A DNA stretch of 64,000 bases from an uncultured bacterium (GCA_949293175.1 CASFCI010000003.1:78899-142898); one strand, 5' to 3'. Shown: positions 1 through 10,394, counted from the first letter of the stretch. Program-made: numbers and translations. Notes: generated by a model from the sequence alone, not told the origin.

Positions 1-135
1 TCTCGTCCATTTTCCCTCCATTCAATAGAAAGGGCGGCGCATAGGCCACCCAGACGTTTCAAGCCGCGGAACCGCTTCGGGATTTCCGCAAGCAAATCAT
101 AGCACACCTTAAGGTGAATTGAAGCACCAACTTCC

Positions 136-1551
136 TCACTCGATGCCCTTCAGCAGCGACTTCTTCCGCCATCCGCCCCTGCCGAAGCGGACGTAGAACA
201 TCACCGCCCGGACGCATTCGTCCATCGCCGCGCCCACGAAGGCCCCGTAGATGCCGAGGTCGAAGACGAAGCAGAGCAAGGCCGAGACGCCGACGGTGCA
301 GAGCCAGCTAGTCAATATCGAGCAGGTGACCGGGAAGGTGATGTCCCCGGCGGTCTCGAGCCCCTTCACGTAGACCAGGTTGGTCGCCCGGCCCTGATCG
401 AGCACGATGTCGATGAGCATGCAGTAGACGGCCGTCAGCCCGATCTGGCTGAGGGTCATCCCCTCCACGTTGACGGTTGGGTCGGCGTAGGCCTCCCCCA
501 TCAGCGCCATGAAGACCGGGTAGGCGATGGCGGTCACCAGCAGCGACATCAATAGCGACACCGTCCGGGCCATCGTGCCCACGTCCTTGACCAGCTGGGC
601 CGCCTCGTCCTTCTTCCCCTCGCCGATGAGGCTGCCCTCCACCACCTGCATGGCGATGCCGGTGCCGCTAGCAAAGAGGTAGATGATCGAGGTGAAGGTG
701 ATGAGGTAGCTCCGGAGATTCTGCTGCAAAACGCTCACGCAGTTGTTGACGATGATCAGCAGCACGAGCTGCGAGAAGTTATAAGAGAGCGTCTCCCCGG
801 CGGTCGGAAGGCCGATGAAAAGCAGCTTCTTTAGCAATCCGCCGGGGAAGGGGCGGAGCAGCTTGATAGAGAGGCTGCCCTTGGTGGCAATCTTGAAGAA
901 GACGTAGGAGGCCACTAGGCCCAGCAAACGGCTCACGTCGGTCGCGACGGCGACCCCGATGAGCTTGAAGCTCTCGTCCTCCTCCGGGAAGCCGAAGATG
1001 AAGACGGCCGCCACGGCGGCGTTGATGAGGTTGGTCAGGAAGGCCACCACCGTCGGGAAGGCCATATTCTTGTTGGCCCTAAGGAAGGAGGAGAAGACAT
1101 TGGTCAGGGCCTGGAATATAAGCGAGGGGGCGACGATTATCTGGTAAAGCTTGGCCAGCTCGACGACGTTGCTGGCGACGCCCATGATGGGGAAGACGAA
1201 GAAGGCGCAGCCGGCTACCACCCCCGCCACCAGGACCCCGATCAGGAGGTTCAGGTAGAAGGAAAGCGAGTAGACCTTGTTGGCCTCATCGTATTTCTTC
1301 GACCCGAACAGCTGGGTCAGCAAGATGAGCGAGGAGCTCGAAAGCACCGAGAACGACACCACGAAGATGGTGGTTATCTGGTTGGACTGCCCGACCGCGT
1401 TGGACGCCAGGGGCACGCTCGCCAGCAGGAACTGGTTGACGTAGCCCATCGCGACCGAGAGGATGAGCTCCAGGAACACCGGCACGGCGAGCCGGACTAT
1501 GGCCTTGTTCCTGACGAAGGCCCCGATGACGGGCAATGATTTCGCTTCCAT
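136..1551 (-). CDS. MATE family multidrug efflux transporter
   Basis: 471 aa and about 12 TM helices. The composition is typical of MATE/NorM family proteins. GC-rich host composition. Confidence 0.75.
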   Translation of the reverse strand: MEAKSLPVIGAFVRNKAIVRLAVPVFLELILSVAMGYVNQFLLASVPLASNAVGQSNQITTIFVVSFSVLSSSSLILLTQLFGSKKYDEANKVYSLSFYLNLLIGVLVAGVVAGCAFFVFPIMGVASNVVELAKLYQIIVAPSLIFQALTNVFSSFLRANKNMAFPTVVAFLTNLINAAVAAVFIFGFPEEDESFKLIGVAVATDVSRLLGLVASYVFFKIATKGSLSIKLLRPFPGGLLKKLLFIGLPTAGETLSYNFSQLVLLIIVNNCVSVLQQNLRSYLITFTSIIYLFASGTGIAMQVVEGSLIGEGKKDEAAQLVKDVGTMARTVSLLMSLLVTAIAYPVFMALMGEAYADPTVNVEGMTLSQIGLTAVYCMLIDIVLDQGRATNLVYVKGLETAGDITFPVTCSILTSWLCTVGVSALLCFVFDLGIYGAFVGAAMDECVRAVMFYVRFGRGGWRKKSLLKGIE

Positions 1552-1597
1552 CGGCGGAAGTCTACTCTCTTGCGCGCAAGAAGTGAATACGAATTAT

Positions 1598-2521
1598 TCA
1601 CTTCCCTCGTTCGCCGTTCCCCTCCTCCCGTTTGGCCTTGAGGAAGCGGTATAGGCTATAGCCTAGGCTGACCGAGGGGAGCAGGATCGCGAGCAGGCTG
1701 AGCGAGAGCGGCCCGTAGTTGACCGAGGTCATGAAGTCGAGCGGGAAATTGGCGACCAAAGCCTCGTTTATGAAGTACGGGTCCACCGCGTAGGCGATGA
1801 GCATATACGCCACCAGGGCCGCGCCGACAAAGAGGAAGGCGATCGAGGCGATCAGGTCGGCCTTGACGGACTTCTTCCGGAACAGGTAGTAAAGCGGCAT
1901 GGCCGCCAGGTCGGCCATCAATAGATAAACCGACAGCGCGGAGAGGAAATGGGCATAGCTCCGGTCGAAGGTGTAGGCCGACAATATCAGGTCGCCGGCG
2001 TAGAAAAGCAGCGGCACCGCCGCGATGCCCATCAAAATCCCGATAAAGAGCCCAAGGGGATCCTTCCTCCTCTTCTCGCCCCGCATCTCGCGCAGCCCGG
2101 CGTAGAACAGGAAGCCGCCCAGGAAGCAGGCGAGGAAGGCGAAGAGGATGGTGTCGAACGGGTAGCAGGCGGTGAAGCGCCCGGAGAAAAGCGAGTCGAA
2201 GGTCTTGTTCATCAATAGCGCCACGTCGGCCACGACGATGGCAAGCCCCATGGCGGATAGATAAACCCCGAACCCGAGGAAGAGCCCTTTCCTCGACTCC
2301 CCCAGCTCAATCTTCTTGATCAGGAAGAAGAGGAAGTAGGCCACCGATGGCAATAGCGCCACGAAGCATAGGTAGCAAGGGAGCGATGGCAAAAGGTAGG
2401 CAAGCCCGGAGCCCACGTCGTAGGCGAAACCCCAGGCGGCGAAGAACAGGTATCCGCCGGAAAGGAAGCAATAGGCGGCGAATCCGATTTTGCTTAGCAA
2501 AAGCAAGGTTTTCTTACTCAT
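1598..2521 (-). CDS. polytopic membrane protein, function unknown
   Basis: 307 aa and highly hydrophobic with many TM segments. An 8-nt overlap with the downstream gene suggests an operon with the phosphoesterase. Confidence 0.4.
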   Translation of the reverse strand: MSKKTLLLLSKIGFAAYCFLSGGYLFFAAWGFAYDVGSGLAYLLPSLPCYLCFVALLPSVAYFLFFLIKKIELGESRKGLFLGFGVYLSAMGLAIVVADVALLMNKTFDSLFSGRFTACYPFDTILFAFLACFLGGFLFYAGLREMRGEKRRKDPLGLFIGILMGIAAVPLLFYAGDLILSAYTFDRSYAHFLSALSVYLLMADLAAMPLYYLFRKKSVKADLIASIAFLFVGAALVAYMLIAYAVDPYFINEALVANFPLDFMTSVNYGPLSLSLLAILLPSVSLGYSLYRFLKAKREEGNGERGK

Positions 2522-3629
2522 TGAACATCGCCTCCAAACGCAGGTCCTCTATCTGATACCCGTCATCCTGATAGTCGAGGAAGGCGCGCTGCAGCGAGAG
2601 CGCTCCGCCTTCGGAGACGGTTATCAGGTTGCCCCCGATGTGGCCCCTCTCGTAGGTCAGCTCATCCCCGCTTTTGAGCCCATAGCAGAGGGCGATCGGG
2701 TCGTCGGCCCTCTTTTCGTCGAGGTAGTACTCGGCGGCGAAGTCGTTCTTGTGGTCGTGCCCCACGAACATCGCCTTGGTCGAGCCTAGTTCCTCGGCCT
2801 TCTTGAAGAATCCGGAATCGCGGTATCCGCAGTAGACCTGCGTCTCCCCCAGCCCCGGGACCTCCCAACTCTCCTCGTGCATCTGCCCCGAATAGGCCCT
2901 TATGCCGCCGGGGAAGGCGGGGTCCTCGCTATAGGCCAAGGGGTCGGCTTGCCTCGATAGGCGGTAGGCGTACTCCCACTGCCAAAGCGGGATGTGGAAG
3001 AAGGCGAGGGAGGGAACCGTCTCCCCATTCTCCAGTTTGGCTCTTTCGACCATCCGCGCATACCAGTCTATCTGGTCCTCGTGGATGACGTCGTATCCCA
3101 TCGAGTAGCCCTCGGGGTTGAGCTTGTTTGAGTCGAGGACGAAGAGCTCATACCACGGCTTGCCATCCTCGCCCACGAGGTCGATGACGTAGTTGGAGTC
3201 GCCGTATACGGCGTCGCCGGGGAGGTCCTTGTTGAGGCATTTTTCCCGGCTGAGCGCCTCCTTGGTCGGGAAGTCGGGGTCGTATAGCCCCTGCTCGTCG
3301 TGGTTGCCCCAGGCCAGGGCATAGCCCTTTAGCGAGGAGGCGTCGAGGGTGTCGAAGAGGGCCAGGTAGGTCTGCTTCGTCGCCCCGAGGACCTGGTCCC
3401 CGGTCAGTATCGCGAGGTCGGCCCCGGTCAAGGATATCAGCGCGTCGATGTATTCCGATTCGCGCTTGAGGTCGCTTTGCCACGACCAATGCACGTCGGC
3501 CAGCTGCAGGATCTTGACGCTGCCGGTGGCGGGAAATTCGCTGACGTAGTCATCAAGCGCGTATTGCTTTGATGAGCAGGATGCGCAAAGCAGCATCAGG
3601 AATAGCAGGCTCAGGCTGTTTCTCTTCAT
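2514..3629 (-). CDS. secreted/lipid-anchored calcineurin-like metallophosphoesterase
   Basis: N-terminal signal peptide (MKRNSLSLLFLMLLCASCSS). Metallophosphoesterase motifs are present: LADVHWSW, LTGDQV, WGNHDE, FFHIPL, GHDHKND. Confidence 0.7.
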   Translation of the reverse strand: MKRNSLSLLFLMLLCASCSSKQYALDDYVSEFPATGSVKILQLADVHWSWQSDLKRESEYIDALISLTGADLAILTGDQVLGATKQTYLALFDTLDASSLKGYALAWGNHDEQGLYDPDFPTKEALSREKCLNKDLPGDAVYGDSNYVIDLVGEDGKPWYELFVLDSNKLNPEGYSMGYDVIHEDQIDWYARMVERAKLENGETVPSLAFFHIPLWQWEYAYRLSRQADPLAYSEDPAFPGGIRAYSGQMHEESWEVPGLGETQVYCGYRDSGFFKKAEELGSTKAMFVGHDHKNDFAAEYYLDEKRADDPIALCYGLKSGDELTYERGHIGGNLITVSEGGALSLQRAFLDYQDDGYQIEDLRLEAMFNE

Positions 3630-3690
3630 ATAGGTTATTCTAGCATCCGCGCAAAGAAAAAGCCCATCATCTCGATGGGCGTTTGCCTTC

Positions 3691-4548
3691 TCACTCGGCG
3701 GGATGCTCGCCGTCGTTGTAGTAGAGGATGCCTAGGCAATGCGGGCCGCAGTGGCAGGATATCGTCGCCCCGGCCACGGTGGTGTAGACGTGGCGGAAGC
3801 CGACTTCCTTCATCCGCTTGACGCACCAGTCGACGACGGCCTGGGGGGCGGTCGAGTAGGTGATGAAGCCAACCTCGAGGTCCGGGTTGTTGAACTCGGC
3901 CAGGGTGTCCTCGACGTAGTTCTGTACGACCTTCATCATCGGGCCGCGGTATTTCTTCCCCGGCCCCATGGAGCCGTGCTTGACGTAGATCTCGGGCTTG
4001 ATCTTGAGCAGGTTCGCCCCAAGCATCGCGAGGGCCGAGCAGCGGCCGCCTTTGTATAGGTAGTTGACCGACTCGAGGGAGAAGGAGGCCTGGCAGTCAT
4101 CCTTCCTTTCCTCGCAGCGCTTGACTATCTCCGCGGGCTCGATTCCCTTGTCGGCGAGACGCTTGGCGTACATCGCCTGCACGGCGATGCCGGTGGACAG
4201 CGAATGGGTGTCGATCACGTCGACCTTGCCCATGAACTTCTGGCTGGCCAGCACCGCGTGCTCGCAGCTCGAGCTTATGCAGCTTGACAGCGCGAAGTGG
4301 ATGACGTGGTCGTAGTCCTTAAGCAAGGAGGCGAAGTATTCTTCGTACTCGGCTTGGTTTATGGCCGAGGTGTGCGGCAGTTTGCCGCTCTTCTCGACGT
4401 AAGCATATAGGGCGTCGGGGGTTATCTCGCCGTCCTTGCCGAACTCGTCGCCCAGCATGATGGTGTACGGAATGGTGTGGATGTCGAGCTCCGAGAGCAT
4501 GCTCTTTGGCAAGTCAATTGTCGTCTCGGCTGATATGCAAATCTTCAT
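3691..4548 (-). CDS. DegV family fatty-acid-binding protein
   Basis: 285 aa. The N-terminus MKICISAETTIDLP... and overall layout are typical of DegV/EDD-fold proteins. Confidence 0.75.
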   Translation of the reverse strand: MKICISAETTIDLPKSMLSELDIHTIPYTIMLGDEFGKDGEITPDALYAYVEKSGKLPHTSAINQAEYEEYFASLLKDYDHVIHFALSSCISSSCEHAVLASQKFMGKVDVIDTHSLSTGIAVQAMYAKRLADKGIEPAEIVKRCEERKDDCQASFSLESVNYLYKGGRCSALAMLGANLLKIKPEIYVKHGSMGPGKKYRGPMMKVVQNYVEDTLAEFNNPDLEVGFITYSTAPQAVVDWCVKRMKEVGFRHVYTTVAGATISCHCGPHCLGILYYNDGEHPAE

Positions 4549-4601
4549 GTTTTTACCTTTCTTGGTCAGTCAATTATAACGTGATTCGCCCGGGAGGCAA
4601 A

Positions 4602-5654
4602 CTAGCCCCGGAGGCGCTTTCCCTTGTCGAGTTTGTGCTTGGCGTAGATCCGCGGATAGTACTCCCGCCAAATGGCCTCGACGTGCTCCTTGGAGTAGAA
4701 CTCAGAGATCCTGTCGGCTTTTTCCTTGGCCCGGCGGTAGGCTTCGGGGTCCTCGGAGAGCTCTTTGACCTTGCTGGAGAAGGAGGATACGTCGGTCCCG
4801 ACCTCGTAATCGTCGAAGAGTATCTTCTTGTATAGATCCAGGTCGCGGAGAAGGAAGGGGACTCCGGCGCTGGCGGATTCGAGTATCGACATCGGGAAAA
4901 GCTCGGCGAAAGAGGGCATGAACAGCAAATCGGCGGCGTTGTACACCTCGTTCATCCGCTTCCGCTCCACGATGCCGAGGAACTTGACGTTGCGGGGCGG
5001 GTTCTCCATGGCCTTCTTCAGCTCGGCATAGCCATCGGTCATCCTCCCGAAGGAGAACCCCCCGGCCCAGACGAAGCTAAGATCCGGGTTCTCCCGGGCG
5101 ACCTGAAGGAAGTCGCTTACCCCCTTCCGGGTCTGCACCTGCCCCACCCCGAGGACGACGAAGGCGTCTTTGCCTATCCCCAGGCGCTCCCTGATGCCCG
5201 CCTTCTCCGCATCGGAAAGCGGATGGAAGGAGTCGGAGGAAACGAAGTTGGGGATGTAGGTGATCCGGTCCTCGCCGATGCCAAGCTTGGTCAGCGGCTC
5301 GATGAATATCGGGTTCACCACCACTATCTCGTCGGCCTTCCGGTAGAAGGCGCGGACGTAGCGCTTGAAGATGGCGAATATCGGCTTCGGGAGCTTTATC
5401 GACCCATCAAGGGTGTCCGGCAGGAAATGGACGTAGCACACGTTGACCGTGCGCTTGCCCATCCGCAGGTAGAAGCTCGGGTTGACCGTATGGACGTGGT
5501 TGATGTCCGCCCTGCCCCGCTCCCCCTTCTCAAAAACCTCGAAAACGTCTTGCTGCTCCCTGACGAGGGCGACCTGCTCGATGTAGGCCGATCCGACCCC
5601 CTGCCCCGAGACCGAGGTGGCGGTGGACAGCATCCTGATCCTCAATTTTCCCAT
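4602..5654 (-). CDS. GT4-family glycosyltransferase (likely glycolipid/diacylglycerol glycosyltransferase)
   Basis: 350 aa with a C-terminal GT4 signature (FMPSFAELFPMSILESASAGVPFLLRD, with E-x7-E). It lies next to DegV, suggesting lipid metabolism. Confidence 0.75.
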   Translation of the reverse strand: MGKLRIRMLSTATSVSGQGVGSAYIEQVALVREQQDVFEVFEKGERGRADINHVHTVNPSFYLRMGKRTVNVCYVHFLPDTLDGSIKLPKPIFAIFKRYVRAFYRKADEIVVVNPIFIEPLTKLGIGEDRITYIPNFVSSDSFHPLSDAEKAGIRERLGIGKDAFVVLGVGQVQTRKGVSDFLQVARENPDLSFVWAGGFSFGRMTDGYAELKKAMENPPRNVKFLGIVERKRMNEVYNAADLLFMPSFAELFPMSILESASAGVPFLLRDLDLYKKILFDDYEVGTDVSSFSSKVKELSEDPEAYRRAKEKADRISEFYSKEHVEAIWREYYPRIYAKHKLDKGKRLRG

Positions 5655-5683
5655 AGCGATATTCTAAAGCCCGAATCGGCACG

Positions 5684-5715
5684 AAAAAAGGCCGGATTTC
5701 CGGCCGTTTCTTCTT
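5684..5715. terminator. GC hairpin (GGCCGGA-ttt-CCGGCC) flanked by A-run/T-run; intrinsic-terminator-like, bidirectional geometry
   Basis: Sequence aaaaaaGGCCGGAtttCCGGCCgtttcttctt. It lies in the divergent region between the GT4 gene and the DUF1624-like gene; its role is unclear (see findings). Confidence 0.4.
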
Positions 5716-5981
5716 ATTGGTGCCCTCACCCTTAGTCGAAAAGAGGTCTGATCCTTACCATGGATCCGTTCTACCGCTGAACTATGAGGGCGGCATCCGC
5801 TTCCTTTAGCGGCGTTGCCTATTATAAGGAGGAGCGATGGCGGCTGCAAGTGAATTCTTGCGCCGCGGCAATTCTTTCTCTCCCCAAGGCGACCCGCCTA
5901 GCCGAATCCGGCGCGGATTTTCCCGCCATTCGGGGCCCGACCATCTTCCTAAAAGCCGCGCCCGCGGTTATCATAGTCCCG

Positions 5982-6806
5982 ATGGGAAGAGAGAAAACGC
6001 CCAGGAAGCGGATCCCGGAGATCGACTTCCTGCGCGGATTGGCCATATTGCTGATGGTGCTTGACCACCTCTGCGTCTACCTGATGAGCCTCGAGAGCCT
6101 TTTGATGAGCTTCGCGACCAACTTCCGGATCATCGGCATCATGCCGGTGTATCCCGCCATCGAGGCGGGGGCTGGCATCTACCATAGCGGCGGCCGCATC
6201 GGCTTCCACGTCATGTTCGTCGCGGTGTTCTGCCTGCTGTCCGGGATATGCGCCACCTTCTCCAGGAGCAACGGGCGGCGCACCTTATTGCTACTTGTCT
6301 TCGCCTTGGCCGTCAAGGCGGCGTTCTTCGTCTATGGCTACTATTTCGGCACCTACGGCGACTACGTCTACTTCGGGATAATCGATTGCCTGTTCATCGG
6401 CCACCTGCTCTACCTGCTGCGCGAGAAAACGCTGCCAAAATCATGGATATACGACCTCTGCATCGGCGTTTTCTTCGTCTTCTTCGCCTGCATGACGACC
6501 TCGCTTACGCCCTACTACCCCCGATCGTTTGCCGATGCGCTGAGCAACCTCTGGATGATCTTCATCGGCCAGGCGGCCATCGGGGCGGACTACATCCACC
6601 CCCTGCCGGTCATCGCCTTCATCTTCCTGGGGGCCGCGATAGGGAAGACGGTGTACCGCAAAAGGGAATCGCTCGCCCCGGTCCTATCCTCAGCCGAGCC
6701 CTTCCTCTTCCTCGGGCGCCACTCGGCGCTCGTCTATTTGCTCCACATGCCCATCCTGCTGGGGCTACTCGCCCTCGCTTGCCTTGGGTTGGGATATAGG
6801 TTCTAG
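5982..6806 (+). CDS. DUF1624-like (acyltransferase-3/heparan N-acetyltransferase-like) membrane protein
   Basis: The hallmark N-terminus IDFLRGLAILLMVLDHL follows Met at 5982. The tracked ORF begins at 5784, but its first 66 codons are not protein-like. The true start is uncertain. Confidence 0.5.
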   Translation: MGREKTPRKRIPEIDFLRGLAILLMVLDHLCVYLMSLESLLMSFATNFRIIGIMPVYPAIEAGAGIYHSGGRIGFHVMFVAVFCLLSGICATFSRSNGRRTLLLLVFALAVKAAFFVYGYYFGTYGDYVYFGIIDCLFIGHLLYLLREKTLPKSWIYDLCIGVFFVFFACMTTSLTPYYPRSFADALSNLWMIFIGQAAIGADYIHPLPVIAFIFLGAAIGKTVYRKRESLAPVLSSAEPFLFLGRHSALVYLLHMPILLGLLALACLGLGYRF

Positions 6807-6808
6807 AT

Positions 6809-8380
6809 ATGGAAAAGATTATCGATCAGCTGCGGGCGAGCGTCGCCAAGCACCCCCGCGAGGTCGCCATCAACTTCGAGCGCGGCCGCTACCGCTACAC
6901 CACCGTCTGGAGGCGGGTCGAAGAGGATGCCGAGCGGCTTTCCGGGATGGGGATCGGGGAAGGCGACGTGGTCGCCATCAACCTCCCCAACGTCCCCGAG
7001 GCCGTATACCTGCTCTACGCCTGCGACTACGTGGGGGCCATCGCCTACTTCATCCACCCGCTGACCCCGGAGGAGCAGCTATCCGGTTTCTTGCAGAGGT
7101 CTCGGGCCAAGGCGCTTTTCACCTTGCTCCCCCTCGCCAAGGCCATCGCCGCCCACTGCCCCAAAGTCCGGGTCGTCGCGCTCAACCCATATCAGGACGG
7201 CAACCTCCCGATGAGGGCGCTGGCCTATCTCAGGTACCATGACGTCGGAGACGCCTTCCGCCTGTCCGAATTGCCCCGCAGGAAAGCCAAGATGTCGCGC
7301 AAAAGCCCATCGGATACCTCGATTTACCTCAATTCGGGCGGCACCAACGGCGACCCGAAGATAATAATGCTCTCCAGCGCCGCCGTCGCCTCGCTTGCCT
7401 GCCGCGGCTTCGAGATAATCGACATCAAGGACGAGCGGCAGGCCAGGATGTACACCGTCATCCCCCTTTTCCACGGCTTCGGCCTCGCCATGGGGGTGGC
7501 CACCCCGCTATGCGCCGGGGGCCAGGTGACCCTCGACATCAAGTTCCACCCCAAGAAATGCATAAAGCGGATGGCCAAGGGCCAGGCGAGCATCATCATT
7601 GGGGTCCCCGCGCTTTTCAACGCCCTGCTATCCAGCCCCGGGTTCAAGGGCCAGGCCGTCAGGAACCTCATCGTGTGCTTCGTCGGCGGCGACTCGGTCA
7701 CCAAGCAGCTGCTCGACCGCTTCGACCAGGCCGTGGCCAAGGAAGGCGGGAAGGCGAGGCTATTCGAGGGGTACGGCCTCACCGAGACGGTGACGGTCAG
7801 CAACGTCAACACCTCCTTCGCCTGCAAAGACGGCACGGTCGGGAAGCCGCTGCGGGGCATAAAGGAGAAGATACTCGACCCCAAGACCCACCGGGAGCTC
7901 CCCATAGGGGAGAAAGGCGAGCTCGCGATTGCCGGCCCCTCCCTCATGAACGGCTACTTCGAGGACGAGGAGCTGACCAGGGAGAGCTTCATCGCCCTCG
8001 ATGGCGACCGCTACGTATTGACCCGCGACCTGGCCTATTTGGATGAGGACGGCTTCCTCCACTTCTGCTCGCGGCTGCGCCGGGTGGCCAAGGTCAACGG
8101 GGTCATGGTGCTGCCGTCTGAGCTCGAGCGGGTCGCGCTTTCCTGCAAGGACGTCTACGAGGCCTATTGCTTCGCCGAGGAGGACAAGAAGCACGGCCAG
8201 CTGCTGTCGCTGGCAGTAGCCAAAAACCGCGCTTCGAATTTGTCGGAGGAGGACATAGCCAAGCGGATAAGGGCTGCGATCGAGCTCTCGCTCCCCGTCT
8301 ATTACAAGCCCAAGCGCATCATCTTCCTACCCAAGCTCCCGCGGACCGCGGTCGGGAAGGTCGACCAAAGCAAATTCTGA
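6809..8380 (+). CDS. AMP-dependent synthetase/ligase (long-chain acyl-CoA synthetase family)
   Basis: 523 aa. The AMP-binding motif is YLNSGGTNGDPK (TSGTTGxPK-like). GYGLTET and a C-terminal PKxxxGKV-type motif are present. Confidence 0.8.
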   Translation: MEKIIDQLRASVAKHPREVAINFERGRYRYTTVWRRVEEDAERLSGMGIGEGDVVAINLPNVPEAVYLLYACDYVGAIAYFIHPLTPEEQLSGFLQRSRAKALFTLLPLAKAIAAHCPKVRVVALNPYQDGNLPMRALAYLRYHDVGDAFRLSELPRRKAKMSRKSPSDTSIYLNSGGTNGDPKIIMLSSAAVASLACRGFEIIDIKDERQARMYTVIPLFHGFGLAMGVATPLCAGGQVTLDIKFHPKKCIKRMAKGQASIIIGVPALFNALLSSPGFKGQAVRNLIVCFVGGDSVTKQLLDRFDQAVAKEGGKARLFEGYGLTETVTVSNVNTSFACKDGTVGKPLRGIKEKILDPKTHRELPIGEKGELAIAGPSLMNGYFEDEELTRESFIALDGDRYVLTRDLAYLDEDGFLHFCSRLRRVAKVNGVMVLPSELERVALSCKDVYEAYCFAEEDKKHGQLLSLAVAKNRASNLSEEDIAKRIRAAIELSLPVYYKPKRIIFLPKLPRTAVGKVDQSKF

Positions 8381-8383
8381 AAG

Positions 8384-8410
8384 AAAAACGGCCCATCGGC
8401 CGTTTTTTTC
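8384..8410. terminator. bidirectional rho-independent terminator
   Basis: aaaaACGGCCcatcGGCCGTttttttt lies between convergent genes (6809..8380 on + and 8409..9104 on -). Confidence 0.7.
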
Positions 8411-9104
8411 ATTCAACCAGCAGGAACGCCCTGACGTTTGGGTAGTCGAGGGCCCGCTTGCCGTATTCGAATTCGTACGTCGACTTAATGAGGCTCCCCG
8501 AGGAGGAGGACGAGGCCTCGTAACGGGTTATGAGCCCCTCATCCATCTCTAGCTTCGCCTGAAAACCGTCTCCATCCGCGACGCCCTCGAAGCGGCCATT
8601 TATGTCGCCATAGAACGAGTAGCTGTACCGGTCGAGGCCCAAGAACGAGGAGGATATATCGGGGTAGGTATCCTCAAATGAGGATACGCCCTGCTCCACC
8701 AGGCTCGATAGCGTCCCTTCGTCGTAGTCGGATAGGAAGGCGATGTCGCCGCTAACGCGCCCAAAGGGCCCGGACTGCTCATTGAAGGGGTAGTCCACGA
8801 GCCGGTAGGCCTCTATTATCCGGCTGCCCTCCCCGAGGTCGTCGGCATAGACCCACTTCTGCATGCTGTTGCCCTCGGGGGTCTCGTAGAAGGTGTGTAG
8901 ATACCCCTTTTCTAGGTCGAACTCGGTTAGGCCGGACTCCTCCAGGCCATCGCCGAAGCTCCGGCGGAACTCAACCCTCCCCCGGGTCAGCTCGGGGCAG
9001 GAGAGCTCGCGGACATAGGAAATGCCCGCGCTGCGGTCGAAGCTCGGCAGGCCGCAGGAGAAAAGCAGCGGGCAAGTAAGAAGCAAAGCGGCTTTGCGTC
9101 CCAT
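8409..9104 (-). CDS. probable lipoprotein, unknown function
   Basis: 231 aa. Signal peptide with a lipobox-like LFSC motif (MGRKAALLLTCPLLFSCG). It is the last gene of a long co-directional block. Confidence 0.45.
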   Translation of the reverse strand: MGRKAALLLTCPLLFSCGLPSFDRSAGISYVRELSCPELTRGRVEFRRSFGDGLEESGLTEFDLEKGYLHTFYETPEGNSMQKWVYADDLGEGSRIIEAYRLVDYPFNEQSGPFGRVSGDIAFLSDYDEGTLSSLVEQGVSSFEDTYPDISSSFLGLDRYSYSFYGDINGRFEGVADGDGFQAKLEMDEGLITRYEASSSSSGSLIKSTYEFEYGKRALDYPNVRAFLLVE

Positions 9105-10394
9105 TTAGGAGAGTACCTCCTCACCCATGAGATCGTAGACGAGGGCCCCGGTGACCTTGACCTTCACGATGTCGCCTTCTTGGTGGTCGATGGGCGAAGT
9201 GAAGGTGAAGGAGCCGTCGATGTCGTCGGGGGCGTTGAGGTAGGTCCTTATCTCGTAGGTGCCTTTGCCCCGCTTCCCGACTACCATTCCGTCGAGAACC
9301 TTCCCGATGTGGGACTTGTTGATCTCGTAGCAGATATGGCTCTGCAGCTTCATTAGCTCGTCGCGCCGCGCCTTCTTGAGCTTCTCCGGGATCTGGTCGG
9401 GGAGCGAGTAGCCCGCGGTCCCCTCCTCCCGGGAATAGGTGAAGCAGCCCATGTGGTCGAACCGGATGGTCTTCAAAAACTCGATGGTCTCCTCCTGGTC
9501 CGCCTCGTTCTCGCCGGGGAAGCCGGCGATGAGGGTGGTCCGCAGCACCGCATCGGGGCACTTCTTCCGTATCTTGGCGAAGAGCTCCCGCATCTGGGCG
9601 GCGTCGCCGTGCCGGTTCATCAAGCGAAGCAGGTGGTCGGAGGCGCACTGGACCGGGATGTCGAAGTAATGGGCGATGGACTTGGAGGAGGCGATGAGGT
9701 CAATCAGCTCGTCGCTTATCTCGCTTGGATATAGGTAAAGGAGCCTGATCGAGTAGAAGCCCATGCCGTCGAGCTCTTTGAGCAGATCGACGATGTCGGG
9801 CTTCCTCGACGGGAAATCCCTCCCGTAGACCGTGGTGTCCTGGCTTATCAGGGAAATCTCCTTGACGCCTTTATCGCGGAGGATGCGGGCCTCCTCGATT
9901 ATCTCGCCATAGGGGCGCGACTTGAACCTCCCCCGGATGTAGGGGATCGCGCAGAAGGAGCAGAAGTTGTCGCAGCCGTCGGATATGCGGAGATACGCGG
10001 AATGCTCCCCGGTGGTGAGCACCCGCTTCAGGGGGTCGAGCTTCCTGAAGCCCTTCTCCCCGGTCAGCCCGGATAGGTAATCCTGCAGCTCCCCGTAGTC
10101 CTTGATTGGCACCAGGCAATCGATCTCGGGCATCTCCTGCTTTATCTCGTCGTAGTAGCGCTCGGCCAGGCACCCCACCACCGCGACCTTGCCCTTGTAG
10201 CGGGAAAGCTCGAGGATGGTCTGTATGGATTCCTTCTTCGCGTCGGCGATGAAGGCGCAGGTGTTGATGAGGATCAGATCCGCCAGCTCGGGCGAATCGA
10301 CGAGCCGGGCCGAGTCGGGGAAGCTAGCGAGGATCATCTCGGTGTCGATGCGGTTTTTGGCGCATCCAAGCGACACGCAGTAGACCGAGATCAT
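9105..10394 (-). CDS. MiaB/RimO-family radical-SAM methylthiotransferase
   Basis: N-terminal MTTase domain (VSLGCAKNRIDTE), radical-SAM CxxxCxxC (CDNFCSFCAIP) and a C-terminal TRAM-like beta region. A length of 429 aa favours a RimO-like protein. Confidence 0.7.
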   Translation of the reverse strand: MISVYCVSLGCAKNRIDTEMILASFPDSARLVDSPELADLILINTCAFIADAKKESIQTILELSRYKGKVAVVGCLAERYYDEIKQEMPEIDCLVPIKDYGELQDYLSGLTGEKGFRKLDPLKRVLTTGEHSAYLRISDGCDNFCSFCAIPYIRGRFKSRPYGEIIEEARILRDKGVKEISLISQDTTVYGRDFPSRKPDIVDLLKELDGMGFYSIRLLYLYPSEISDELIDLIASSKSIAHYFDIPVQCASDHLLRLMNRHGDAAQMRELFAKIRKKCPDAVLRTTLIAGFPGENEADQEETIEFLKTIRFDHMGCFTYSREEGTAGYSLPDQIPEKLKKARRDELMKLQSHICYEINKSHIGKVLDGMVVGKRGKGTYEIRTYLNAPDDIDGSFTFTSPIDHQEGDIVKVKVTGALVYDLMGEEVLS

